Of a stretch of 52,931 nucleotides of DNA, positions 46,428-52,931 are shown in pieces. The translations under genes were made by a program, and so were the position numbers. Source of the stretch: a virus (lineage: Duplodnaviria; Caudoviricetes); IMG/VR virus record IMGVR_UViG_3300025849_000049, positions 1-52,931 of that record. One strand, given 5' to 3'. A model generated the notes under the pieces. It made no database searches. It was not told the DNA's origin and saw only the letters and a program-made list of their open reading frames with translations. Within the stretch, counting starts at the first letter, position 1. Each line of letters begins with the position of its first letter.

Positions 46428-48083
46428 TCACAGGTAATCCCCCACGTCTACTGTGCCAAAGTCTTCCTTGTTAGGGTCGTCAATCTCTGTCATGCGGCCA
46501 GTGTCACGGTCATACAACAGGTAGGCACCGACGCCAGTCTCACCAGCATAGCGGTTCTTAAGGACACGCACTGTGGTTGTGTTGGCCACGATGGGGTCGG
46601 TAGCCTGCTGGTCACGCTCCATTGCAATCACAGCGTCACTGATTTGTGCAATACTGTGTGAGCCACGGAGCATAGACAGGCTAATCTCCTTGCCCTCTTC
46701 CTGACCCTTGTCACCAGAGGCACGGCGTAAGTGGGAGACAAGCAGGACACAGCACTGCGTCTCTTCTACAAGAGAGCGTAGGTTGGTCATCATCTTGTCA
46801 ATGTTGCGCCGCTCGTCGTCACCCTCAAGACCTGACACCAAGATGGATAGGTGGTCAAGGATAATAAACTTACAGTCAAGAGCCTTAATCATGTAACGAA
46901 TACGAGCAAGTATCTCGTCCGTCTGGATGGAACCGAAGTGGTCGAATGCAAACACACGGCCTGTGCCTACAGTGGCTTCCTCGTATGCTTTTAGTTTCTC
47001 ATGTGGCACAGTCTCACGAACCTCTTGAATGTATAGACGCTTGCTTGCCTCTACCGACATAAGGTGGAAGATAGTCTGCTTGACGTTCTCCTCAAGGCTG
47101 ACGATGCCGATGTTGTGCTTGGAGTTGTTGAGCAGGTGATGCTCTAGCTCTCGCATGATGCTTGACTTACCAGCACCAGTGCCAGCAGTGAAGGTGATAA
47201 GCTCACCAGTCCGCATCCCATACAGCATCTCGTTCAAGCCTTCGTAAGGGTAAGGCACACTCTCCTTGTCATCTGTTTCATACAGCCCCTCAAAGTTCTT
47301 GAGGCTTACGATACCTGCTGGAGTGTGTGGCTGTGCATCCCACCAACGCTGCATGAACTCTTCGGTCTTGCCGTGCTTGAGATACTCATTGGCATCCTTA
47401 GCCCGTAGCTTGACAATCTTACACTTGTTAGGCTCGAACAACTGAGCCACTGAAGCAGCCGCTTTTGCGCCGTGTTCGTCGTTGTCAAAGCATAGCACGA
47501 TGTTCTCGAACTTGTTGAGCCACTCGAACTGTGCCTTGCAATCCTTGAGTGCAGACTGTGCGCCGTTACGAACAGACACGGCAGGCCACTTGCTACCCAT
47601 CATCTGATAGGCAGACAAGGCATCAAGCTCACCCTCACAGATGGTAATGAACTTACCAGCCCGACCAAACAACTGCTGGCCGAACAAGGTGGCATGGGGC
47701 ATGACGCCCTCCGCATTGAATTGCTTGTTAGCAACGTGCCGCACCTTGTTGGCAACGTGATTGCCGTTGATGTCGTAGTATGGGTAGATGTGCTTGCCGT
47801 CTGTTTGTGTAACGCCGTAGGTCTTTGCAGCTTCTAGGCTGATGCTGCGGTCAGGGATGGCAGAGAACTGACCCTGGGACAGGGTAGCAGTGGCCTGTGC
47901 TGTGGGTAGGTTTACAACTGTGTTTTGCATTGGTGTGTGTCCTTCTTGGTTGGGTGATGGTGTAAACTTCTCGCAGACAAAGCAGTAGGCGTGGCCATCG
48001 TCGTAGTGGACGTTGCCATCGGATGAGCCACAAGACCCACACTCACCTCTGCTTGTTGCCTGTGCCTCATTTGTTGGCGGCAT
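46428..48083 (-). CDS. T7 gp4-like primase-helicase
   Basis: Zn ribbon CGSC...CFVC, TOPRIM EGELDA/FDND, AGTGAGKS, LDH, LRGS; start moved to 48083. Confidence 0.95.
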   Translation of the reverse strand: MPPTNEAQATSRGECGSCGSSDGNVHYDDGHAYCFVCEKFTPSPNQEGHTPMQNTVVNLPTAQATATLSQGQFSAIPDRSISLEAAKTYGVTQTDGKHIYPYYDINGNHVANKVRHVANKQFNAEGVMPHATLFGQQLFGRAGKFITICEGELDALSAYQMMGSKWPAVSVRNGAQSALKDCKAQFEWLNKFENIVLCFDNDEHGAKAAASVAQLFEPNKCKIVKLRAKDANEYLKHGKTEEFMQRWWDAQPHTPAGIVSLKNFEGLYETDDKESVPYPYEGLNEMLYGMRTGELITFTAGTGAGKSSIMRELEHHLLNNSKHNIGIVSLEENVKQTIFHLMSVEASKRLYIQEVRETVPHEKLKAYEEATVGTGRVFAFDHFGSIQTDEILARIRYMIKALDCKFIILDHLSILVSGLEGDDERRNIDKMMTNLRSLVEETQCCVLLVSHLRRASGDKGQEEGKEISLSMLRGSHSIAQISDAVIAMERDQQATDPIVANTTTVRVLKNRYAGETGVGAYLLYDRDTGRMTEIDDPNKEDFGTVDVGDYL

Positions 48084-48261
48084 AATATACTCCGAACTCC
48101 TTGCCCTCGTCATAGATGAAGAGCTTGTTGTTTACTGTCTCAGTCGTGAAGCCCATGCCCTTAGCCAATAAGGCACGAAAGCGGAGGAACTCGTCCCTGT
48201 CTTGGACGTTCTCCATGAACGCAGCGCCACACCCTTGTGTTTTATACATCATTCGATACAT
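48067..48261 (-). CDS. Hypothetical protein
   Basis: ORF tiles with neighbours; GAGG SD. Confidence 0.6.
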   Translation of the reverse strand: MYRMMYKTQGCGAAFMENVQDRDEFLRFRALLAKGMGFTTETVNNKLFIYDEGKEFGVYYAANK

Positions 48262-48373
48262 TTGAAACCTCTTTGATTGCTTCTGTGATTGTTATCTTGC
48301 GGTCAGAATTATTCTGCATTGTGATTGCCTTGCGGCGGATTGCTTTTTTCTTTTGCTTGTCTGTCTTAGTCAT
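48242..48373 (-). CDS. Unannotated 43-aa basic protein
   Basis: MTKTDKQKKKAIRRKAITMQNNSDRKITITEAIKEVSNVSNDV; GAGG SD. Confidence 0.55.
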   Translation of the reverse strand: MTKTDKQKKKAIRRKAITMQNNSDRKITITEAIKEVSNVSNDV

Positions 48374-48587
48374 TATAAACCTCGTCTGTTTCTTTATCTA
48401 GTTTCGTTCCATCGCCATCGTAATACCACGACCTGTCGGCAGGGTCAAGCTCTATGCCTACATGAAACCTACCCAGTGCCTTCTTAAGCGTGGCAGCTTT
48501 CTTTGTATACCACTCTGGTGTTCGGCGTTTCTCTTGCTTCATACGGCGGACATTATCTCTGTGCCGTTTAATGCGCTTGTCGTCCAT
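48366..48587 (-). CDS. Hypothetical protein
   Basis: AAGGAG SD; tiles with neighbours. Confidence 0.6.
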   Translation of the reverse strand: MDDKRIKRHRDNVRRMKQEKRRTPEWYTKKAATLKKALGRFHVGIELDPADRSWYYDGDGTKLDKETDEVYND

Positions 48588-48593
48588 TGTATA

Positions 48594-48785
48594 TCACTCC
48601 TTGTGTAGGAAGGCAAGTATTAAAGTTGAACCGCCTTCGTTTTGTTTACGCTTGTCATAGACATAGTCGTAACCCATCTTCATTTTCATACGCTCAAGCC
48701 ATTGCTCTGCGTCCTCGTCGTAGACAAACAGCCTACCAAAGAACCCGTCCATCTTCTTGAGCTTACGAAGAGACATCTGTTTCAT
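48594..48785 (-). CDS. Hypothetical protein
   Basis: AGGAG SD; ATGA overlap. Confidence 0.6.
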   Translation of the reverse strand: MKQMSLRKLKKMDGFFGRLFVYDEDAEQWLERMKMKMGYDYVYDKRKQNEGGSTLILAFLHKE

Positions 48786-48961
48786 TCGTCATGCTCCTGC
48801 TCAGAAAGACCAAAGGCAAAGCTCACGCTGTCTGAGTGCAGGTCGTTTGCCTCTTCTCGTGCCATCTTCTTTGCTTCCTTCTGACTGTATCCTTCGTCAA
48901 GATACTGGTGATACAAGTCTCTAAAGAGTTGCTTCTTATCTTGTTCCCATAGGTTGCTCAT
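48782..48961 (-). CDS. Unannotated 59-aa protein
   Basis: MSNLWEQDKKQLFRDLYHQYLDEGYSQKEAKKMAREEA...; fills the gap. Confidence 0.7.
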   Translation of the reverse strand: MSNLWEQDKKQLFRDLYHQYLDEGYSQKEAKKMAREEANDLHSDSVSFAFGLSEQEHDE

Positions 48962-48969
48962 ATCATGTC

Positions 48970-49044
48970 CTAACTATATAGAAGCACTAATAATGCTACA
49001 AGTGCTATAATAAAATATGTAAGTCGCTTCTCTTGTTTGTTCAT
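48970..49044 (-). CDS. Unannotated 24-aa TM peptide
   Basis: MNKQEKRLTYFIIALVALLVLLYS. Confidence 0.45.
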   Translation of the reverse strand: MNKQEKRLTYFIIALVALLVLLYS

Positions 49045-49045
49045 C

Positions 49046-49465
49046 TTAATCCCACCTATAAAAAATGTGGTTGTCAATCGTTGCTACCTTGGTAAAGGTA
49101 TGCGCCCAGCTTGGCATCACGTAGTCTGCATGATAGTGTGTTGCTCCGTCAGCGAATGAATGTGTCCATCCGTTGAGAACCATTGCGGCAATCTCTTGTG
49201 AGCGGATGAACGCTTTTTCATTGCGTGGTTCGTCAGAGATGCCATCACAATACCAACTGAACTGGCACCTGTTCTTGGCTGGCTTGCTCTCCCAGTGTAT
49301 GCCCTGTGTAATCACAGCACACACATCGTCAGGGAAGCGGTCATCTTCTACACGATTAAGCACAACCTGTGCCACAGCAAGTTGCCCCATTGTGCTTTCG
49401 TTTCGTGCTTCGTGATAGACATTCATTGCCATACACATAAGCGGTGTTGCTAATAGCTCAATCAT
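49046..49465 (-). CDS. SleB-like cell wall hydrolase (Hydrolase_2)
   Basis: NVYHEARNE...AVAQVVLNRV...CQFSW...GATHYHA...HIFY. Confidence 0.9.
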   Translation of the reverse strand: MIELLATPLMCMAMNVYHEARNESTMGQLAVAQVVLNRVEDDRFPDDVCAVITQGIHWESKPAKNRCQFSWYCDGISDEPRNEKAFIRSQEIAAMVLNGWTHSFADGATHYHADYVMPSWAHTFTKVATIDNHIFYRWD

Positions 49466-49467
49466 TT

Positions 49468-49653
49468 CTAATACCCGTCGTTCCAGATTTGCTCACGTTC
49501 CCACTCCTTGCCAAGGCGGTCATAGTCCTTGGCTCGAATGTGCTTTGCCTTGCTCGACTCCTTGAAGCCACGGCTATTTGTCTTTGTTTCCCAGATACTT
49601 AGGGCGTTATCCTCATACCAAGGCTTGAACATTTTCGTGTGTTTATTCGGCAT
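49468..49653 (-). CDS. Hypothetical protein
   Basis: Tiles with neighbours. Confidence 0.55.
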   Translation of the reverse strand: MPNKHTKMFKPWYEDNALSIWETKTNSRGFKESSKAKHIRAKDYDRLGKEWEREQIWNDGY

Positions 49654-49804
49654 CTTCTGCGTTTCCTTTTCTTGTGTAGCTTCCCTTGCCCTTCTTGGGC
49701 TGGATTATTTGTGGTTGAAACTGCCCTGCTTCCAGAGCCTTTGCGTTACTGTTGCGGCGGCGCTTCGTCTGGTTCGCCCTCGTCCTCTTGCTTGCTCTGG
49801 TCAT
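49643..49804 (-). CDS. Unannotated 53-aa ArfA-like protein
   Basis: ...NSNAKALEAGQFQPQIIQPKKGKGSYTRKG...; matches the ArfA KKGKGSYxRK signature. Confidence 0.65.
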   Translation of the reverse strand: MTRASKRTRANQTKRRRNSNAKALEAGQFQPQIIQPKKGKGSYTRKGNAEDAE

Positions 49805-50051
49805 TGTTCACCACTAATTGCAGGTTGGGTTGGTGGATAACAGCTTCCTTTTGGGTCATGTCAACCACGTTGATTGTGTAAGGGTCGAACTCTACGTCAA
49901 GGACATACTCGTCCTCTGTTAAGTCTCGCACCATCACATACTCAAGCCAGTCAAGTGGCATTGCTTCTTCGCCAATCAAAGGCCACCAAGGTTGTGTGCC
50001 TACGTCTTCTAGGTCTGTGTCAATTACAAATGTTACTTCATAGCGAGCCAT
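49746..50051 (-). CDS. Acidic hypothetical protein
   Basis: AAGGAG SD. Confidence 0.65.
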   Translation of the reverse strand: MARYEVTFVIDTDLEDVGTQPWWPLIGEEAMPLDWLEYVMVRDLTEDEYVLDVEFDPYTINVVDMTQKEAVIHQPNLQLVVNNDQSKQEDEGEPDEAPPQQ

Positions 50052-50053
50052 CT

Positions 50054-50212
50054 CTAGCTCCTTTCGTTAAATGCTTTAATAAAATATTCTTTCAGCCAAT
50101 TCTTAAACTCAGGCCGCTTGTCAAGGAAGTCAATGGTCTGTCGGTGGGACAACTGATTGCCCATTAGCCAACGTCTCAGTGCTTCGTGTTTCTTTTCCTT
50201 GTCATCCGTCAT
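50054..50212 (-). CDS. Unannotated 52-aa protein
   Basis: MTDDKEKKHEALRRWLMGNQLSHRQTIDFLDKRPEFKNWLKEYFIKAFNERS. Confidence 0.55.
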   Translation of the reverse strand: MTDDKEKKHEALRRWLMGNQLSHRQTIDFLDKRPEFKNWLKEYFIKAFNERS

Positions 50213-50315
50213 GCCGTGCTTTCATAAAGTTATAGACATTGATGGTTGTGTTTAGCCAGACACCTATCAGGATGCCCACCTCAATATACGATATTGTTAC
50301 AGGGATGTCAAACAT
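50202..50315 (-). CDS. Unannotated 37-aa hydrophobic peptide
   Basis: MFDIPVTISYIEVGILIGVWLNTTINVYNFMKARHDG; TAATG coupling. Confidence 0.5.
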   Translation of the reverse strand: MFDIPVTISYIEVGILIGVWLNTTINVYNFMKARHDG

Positions 50316-50779
50316 TATTTAACCCCCAGTGCATATAGAAGTTCTTCGTCAGTCAGGGTGTCAGTGTCGTCAGACATGAATGCTTCCATCATATCGTAAT
50401 CGGTCAAGGGCATTGCGAAGAACCCAGCTTCGGGTGCTGGCAGCGAGGCGTCTCTCCAAGTTACCATGTCCTTTATCTGCTCAAGGCTAGACATGCAGTC
50501 GATGCTTTCGCCCTCTATAACTGACACAACTATGTCGTCAGTGCCAAGGATAAGGCCACGCCCTGCCAATGGCTGAGAGCAACCCTTGATGTTGAAGAAC
50601 ACTTGGTTCTCCACATACAATCCTTCGTCATCTACATACAAGGTGTCTTGACCTACGCCTTCAAGGTATACTGAGGTGAACAATTCACATCCAAGTAGTG
50701 TGTAGATGTCCTTGTAGTCTCCTGAATAGTCAACGATTTCAATGGTTTGTTTTGGTGTATCAATTAGTATGGCTTTCAT
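50315..50779 (-). CDS. DUF3846-like early protein
   Basis: LYVDDEGL...LAGRGLILG. Confidence 0.65.
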   Translation of the reverse strand: MKAILIDTPKQTIEIVDYSGDYKDIYTLLGCELFTSVYLEGVGQDTLYVDDEGLYVENQVFFNIKGCSQPLAGRGLILGTDDIVVSVIEGESIDCMSSLEQIKDMVTWRDASLPAPEAGFFAMPLTDYDMMEAFMSDDTDTLTDEELLYALGVK

Positions 50780-50788
50780 GTCATGTTC

Positions 50789-51022
50789 CTATATGGTTGC
50801 TGTTAGTCGGTCAATGTTATTCACTGCATCTTCTGCGAGCCATTCAATCATGTCCCACACAACTTCGGGCAGGTCATTCTCGTATTGTTCGCAGACATGG
50901 AATGCTATATACTCTAGCACTTGCTTGTCGTTCATGTTGATGTAATCCATAGGCAACTCGTTGGTCAGGAAGTGACCGCTTGCCCATCGGACGGCGTTAG
51001 TGGTAGGTAATAGTCGTGTCAT
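50789..51022 (-). CDS. Hypothetical early protein
   Basis: GGAG SD; tiles with neighbours. Confidence 0.6.
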   Translation of the reverse strand: MTRLLPTTNAVRWASGHFLTNELPMDYINMNDKQVLEYIAFHVCEQYENDLPEVVWDMIEWLAEDAVNNIDRLTATI

Positions 51023-51206
51023 CTGTAGTCTCCATTACTTCGTAAATCTTAAAGTCACCGCTTGCAGGTTCTTCTTGCCACTCACCAGTGTGAGCCAGGA
51101 ACTCAGCAAAGCTATGCTCGTCCATGTCTAGCGGTATATCTACCTCGTCGAACTCTACAAACATGTCAATAGACATCGTGGCTATGCCTCTATACTTTTT
51201 AGCCAT
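50997..51206 (-). CDS. Hypothetical early protein
   Basis: AAGGAG SD; acidic. Confidence 0.6.
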   Translation of the reverse strand: MAKKYRGIATMSIDMFVEFDEVDIPLDMDEHSFAEFLAHTGEWQEEPASGDFKIYEVMETTDDTTITYH

Positions 51207-51732
51207 TGGCTAACTCCTTCAATTCTTCTTGGTCATTTTCCTGCTGGTATTCTTCCCAGTCAGGCACAACATATGGGAAGGCATCAAGCACATTCTCTGG
51301 GATGTATTCCTCTGGGTGTTGGTCTGTTAGAGTTTCCCAAGTGTTGTCAATGGATGCCTCGCCATCACCTACGGCGTGACCAATGAAGCAAGCCCCGCCT
51401 TCTTCGTAATACAGGTCAAAGGTGAAGCCGTGCTTTCGCATAGCTGTTTCCAGTGCCGCTACTGGCGGTGACCAAGCTGTCGTAAATGAGACAGTCAGGG
51501 TGTCGCCATCAAGCGAGGCATGGTATACATCAAAGATGTCCCACTTGGTTCCCCAGTTTTGGACGCACCAGTCATAATCCCACTGGTAGTTTGTTTCTTC
51601 TGGGAAAGGCACGAGCATAGACAAGAAGTCTACCTCGTAGCTATCGGCCTGTTTCAATTCGTTCATCAGGCTTTGCAATAGTCCTGCGCTGTCTGATTTG
51701 ATAGTCAATTCGTTGTTACAATAGTTAGGCAT
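51199..51732 (-). CDS. DUF1281/Api92-like protein
   Basis: MPNYCNN, YDWCVQNWGTKWD, FTTAWSPP. Confidence 0.8.
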   Translation of the reverse strand: MPNYCNNELTIKSDSAGLLQSLMNELKQADSYEVDFLSMLVPFPEETNYQWDYDWCVQNWGTKWDIFDVYHASLDGDTLTVSFTTAWSPPVAALETAMRKHGFTFDLYYEEGGACFIGHAVGDGEASIDNTWETLTDQHPEEYIPENVLDAFPYVVPDWEEYQQENDQEELKELANG

Positions 51733-51753
51733 TGGTGTTCTCCTTTGCTGCCT

Positions 51754-51915
51754 TCAAAATATAATTGCCAGTATAACTGACATAACTATTATTGTCAATA
51801 GCGTGGCGGGGTTTAACATCAGGAGCATCAAGCCTTGCATGATTGCTTCCCACATAGTCATGGCGAGAAACACAAGAAACAAGATGCCCAGAATGGTGGC
51901 GATGATTGTAAACAT
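51754..51915 (-). CDS. Small two-TM membrane protein
   Basis: Almost entirely hydrophobic; TAATG coupling; start moved to 51915. Confidence 0.55.
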   Translation of the reverse strand: MFTIIATILGILFLVFLAMTMWEAIMQGLMLLMLNPATLLTIIVMSVILAIIF

Positions 51916-52103
51916 TAGTCTTCGTCTCCTTGTCCCCACCAGCCACAGGCATAGAGGGCGTTTCGTGCTTCGTTTTGTGCCGCCATAATGTCTTGGCCAG
52001 TGGTGGGGTATTTCTTATAATCGTAGTCATAAGCTGCAAGGTGCAGGTCACACAGCGTCTCTGCTGAGACAAGCACCATCTGTTTTTCATTCGTCTTTGT
52101 CAT
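51915..52103 (-). CDS. Hypothetical early protein
   Basis: GAGG SD; tiles with neighbours. Confidence 0.55.
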   Translation of the reverse strand: MTKTNEKQMVLVSAETLCDLHLAAYDYDYKKYPTTGQDIMAAQNEARNALYACGWWGQGDED

Positions 52104-52404
52104 CTTCTACCTCTTCTACTTCTGCTTCAACTTCTATTGAGTGTATCATAGGCGGCTCGCTACTGTCAATAGAAACATCATCGCCGCTATTGAAGGAAAT
52201 ACTATCCAAAGCACGTTCGATGTAGTCACTTGCCCCGTTCTCAAGGGTTTCTTGCATATCGTCGAGAAAGTTTTCTTCGTCGTCCGCCTCGCCTTCCAAG
52301 ACACCTTGCCCAGCTAAATCATACATAGGTATTTCGTATGAAATCTCTACAGTTGCTGTGGCATAGCCACGAACAACACCATCTACTATTTCAAACTTAG
52401 TCAC
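52087..52404 (-). CDS. Highly acidic early protein
   Basis: Likely GTG start at 52404 behind AAGGAG; Asp/Glu-rich. Confidence 0.65.
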   Translation of the reverse strand: MTKFEIVDGVVRGYATATVEISYEIPMYDLAGQGVLEGEADDEENFLDDMQETLENGASDYIERALDSISFNSGDDVSIDSSEPPMIHSIEVEAEVEEVEDDKDE

Positions 52405-52717
52405 GGGCAAACTCCTTCCACATTCCATTAATTTTAGACCGCCAAGAGCCTTGGACATACTGCGACTCGCATAAGTCTAGGGCAATGTCCCTAACCTTCC
52501 AGACTGGTAAGCCTGTGGCGGCATGTATCTTCTCATACATTAGGTCGGTCATCTTTAGCTCGTAGTCGTCGCCATAGTAAACCTCCATGCCCTTCTGGCA
52601 GAAGCCATCATAGTCTGTAAGCACGACCATGGCATTAAAGACTTGGGTTTTATTTTCGGCTATGGCTTCTTCTTCAGCAAAGCTGGGTTCATATTCGATT
52701 GTATCTGGGTAACTCAT
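52397..52717 (-). CDS. Hypothetical early protein
   Basis: AAGGA SD; TAATG coupling. Confidence 0.65.
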   Translation of the reverse strand: MSYPDTIEYEPSFAEEEAIAENKTQVFNAMVVLTDYDGFCQKGMEVYYGDDYELKMTDLMYEKIHAATGLPVWKVRDIALDLCESQYVQGSWRSKINGMWKEFARD

Positions 52718-52920
52718 TATCGATTGTCCTTCGTGTAGATATATTCTTTGGCAAGCAATAGCAAATCTGCTACCTCATGTCCATTCAAAAGGCGGATGAC
52801 ATCGTCATCATAGTCCTCGCCCACCCAGCTTGTTGCCCAATACATACAAGGGACAAATCCCTTTGGGACACCATCCCGTCTGTAGACAAGTGCCACTTCT
52901 ACAAGGTGGCGAGGTGCCAT
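52717..52920 (-). CDS. Hypothetical early protein, start may lie beyond the window
   Basis: ORF at the window edge. Confidence 0.5.
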   Translation of the reverse strand: MAPRHLVEVALVYRRDGVPKGFVPCMYWATSWVGEDYDDDVIRLLNGHEVADLLLLAKEYIYTKDNR

Positions 52921-52931
52921 CTCTTGTGAGA

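Noticed and set aside
50095-50135. Minus-strand TTGACA promoter
   Set aside because: No -10 at 16-18 nt spacing; lies inside a small ORF
51725-52090. 121-aa minus-strand ORF
   Set aside because: Overlaps two better-tiling ORFs (51754-51915 and 51915-52103) in other frames
1-52931. Direct terminal repeat, integrase/att site, or recoded genetic code
   Set aside because: Window ends do not match, no integrase or repressor recognised, and genes tile well under the standard code

Overview
The window is most or all of a tailed dsDNA phage genome with podovirus-type organisation and two convergent arms. It resembles SIO1/cobavirus-type marine phages (inference from gene content: Tyr762-type PolA, T7-like primase-helicase, class II RNR, ThyX, glutaredoxin, no RNA polymerase or integrase seen). 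The + arm (719-32547) carries terL, portal, GroES, scaffold, major capsid, small basic proteins, adaptors, tail fibre plus Gly-rich adhesin, nozzle, ejection proteins and lysis/exported proteins. The - arm (52920-32540) carries early genes, replication, nucleotide metabolism, tRNA-Arg(UCU), two free-standing endonucleases and a glycan operon that also contains terS. No terminal repeat links the two window ends, so the early end may be incomplete. Main observations: (1) three otherwise unrelated basic proteins, one missing from the ORF track, end in the identical peptide SGHNRLY written with different codons, and a recurring x-x-x-G-G-x-[VILM] motif occurs in the putative internal proteins, suggesting a capsid cargo-tag and cleavage system; (2) a separately promoted glycosylation operon (GT, GT-methyltransferase-Maf fusion, gmd) headed by a stem-loop that displays a 16S rRNA anti-Shine-Dalgarno mimic; (3) an unannotated 53-aa ArfA-like ORF; (4) apparent absence of GATC, CCGG and CGCG. 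All family calls come from motif recognition by eye; no searches were run.
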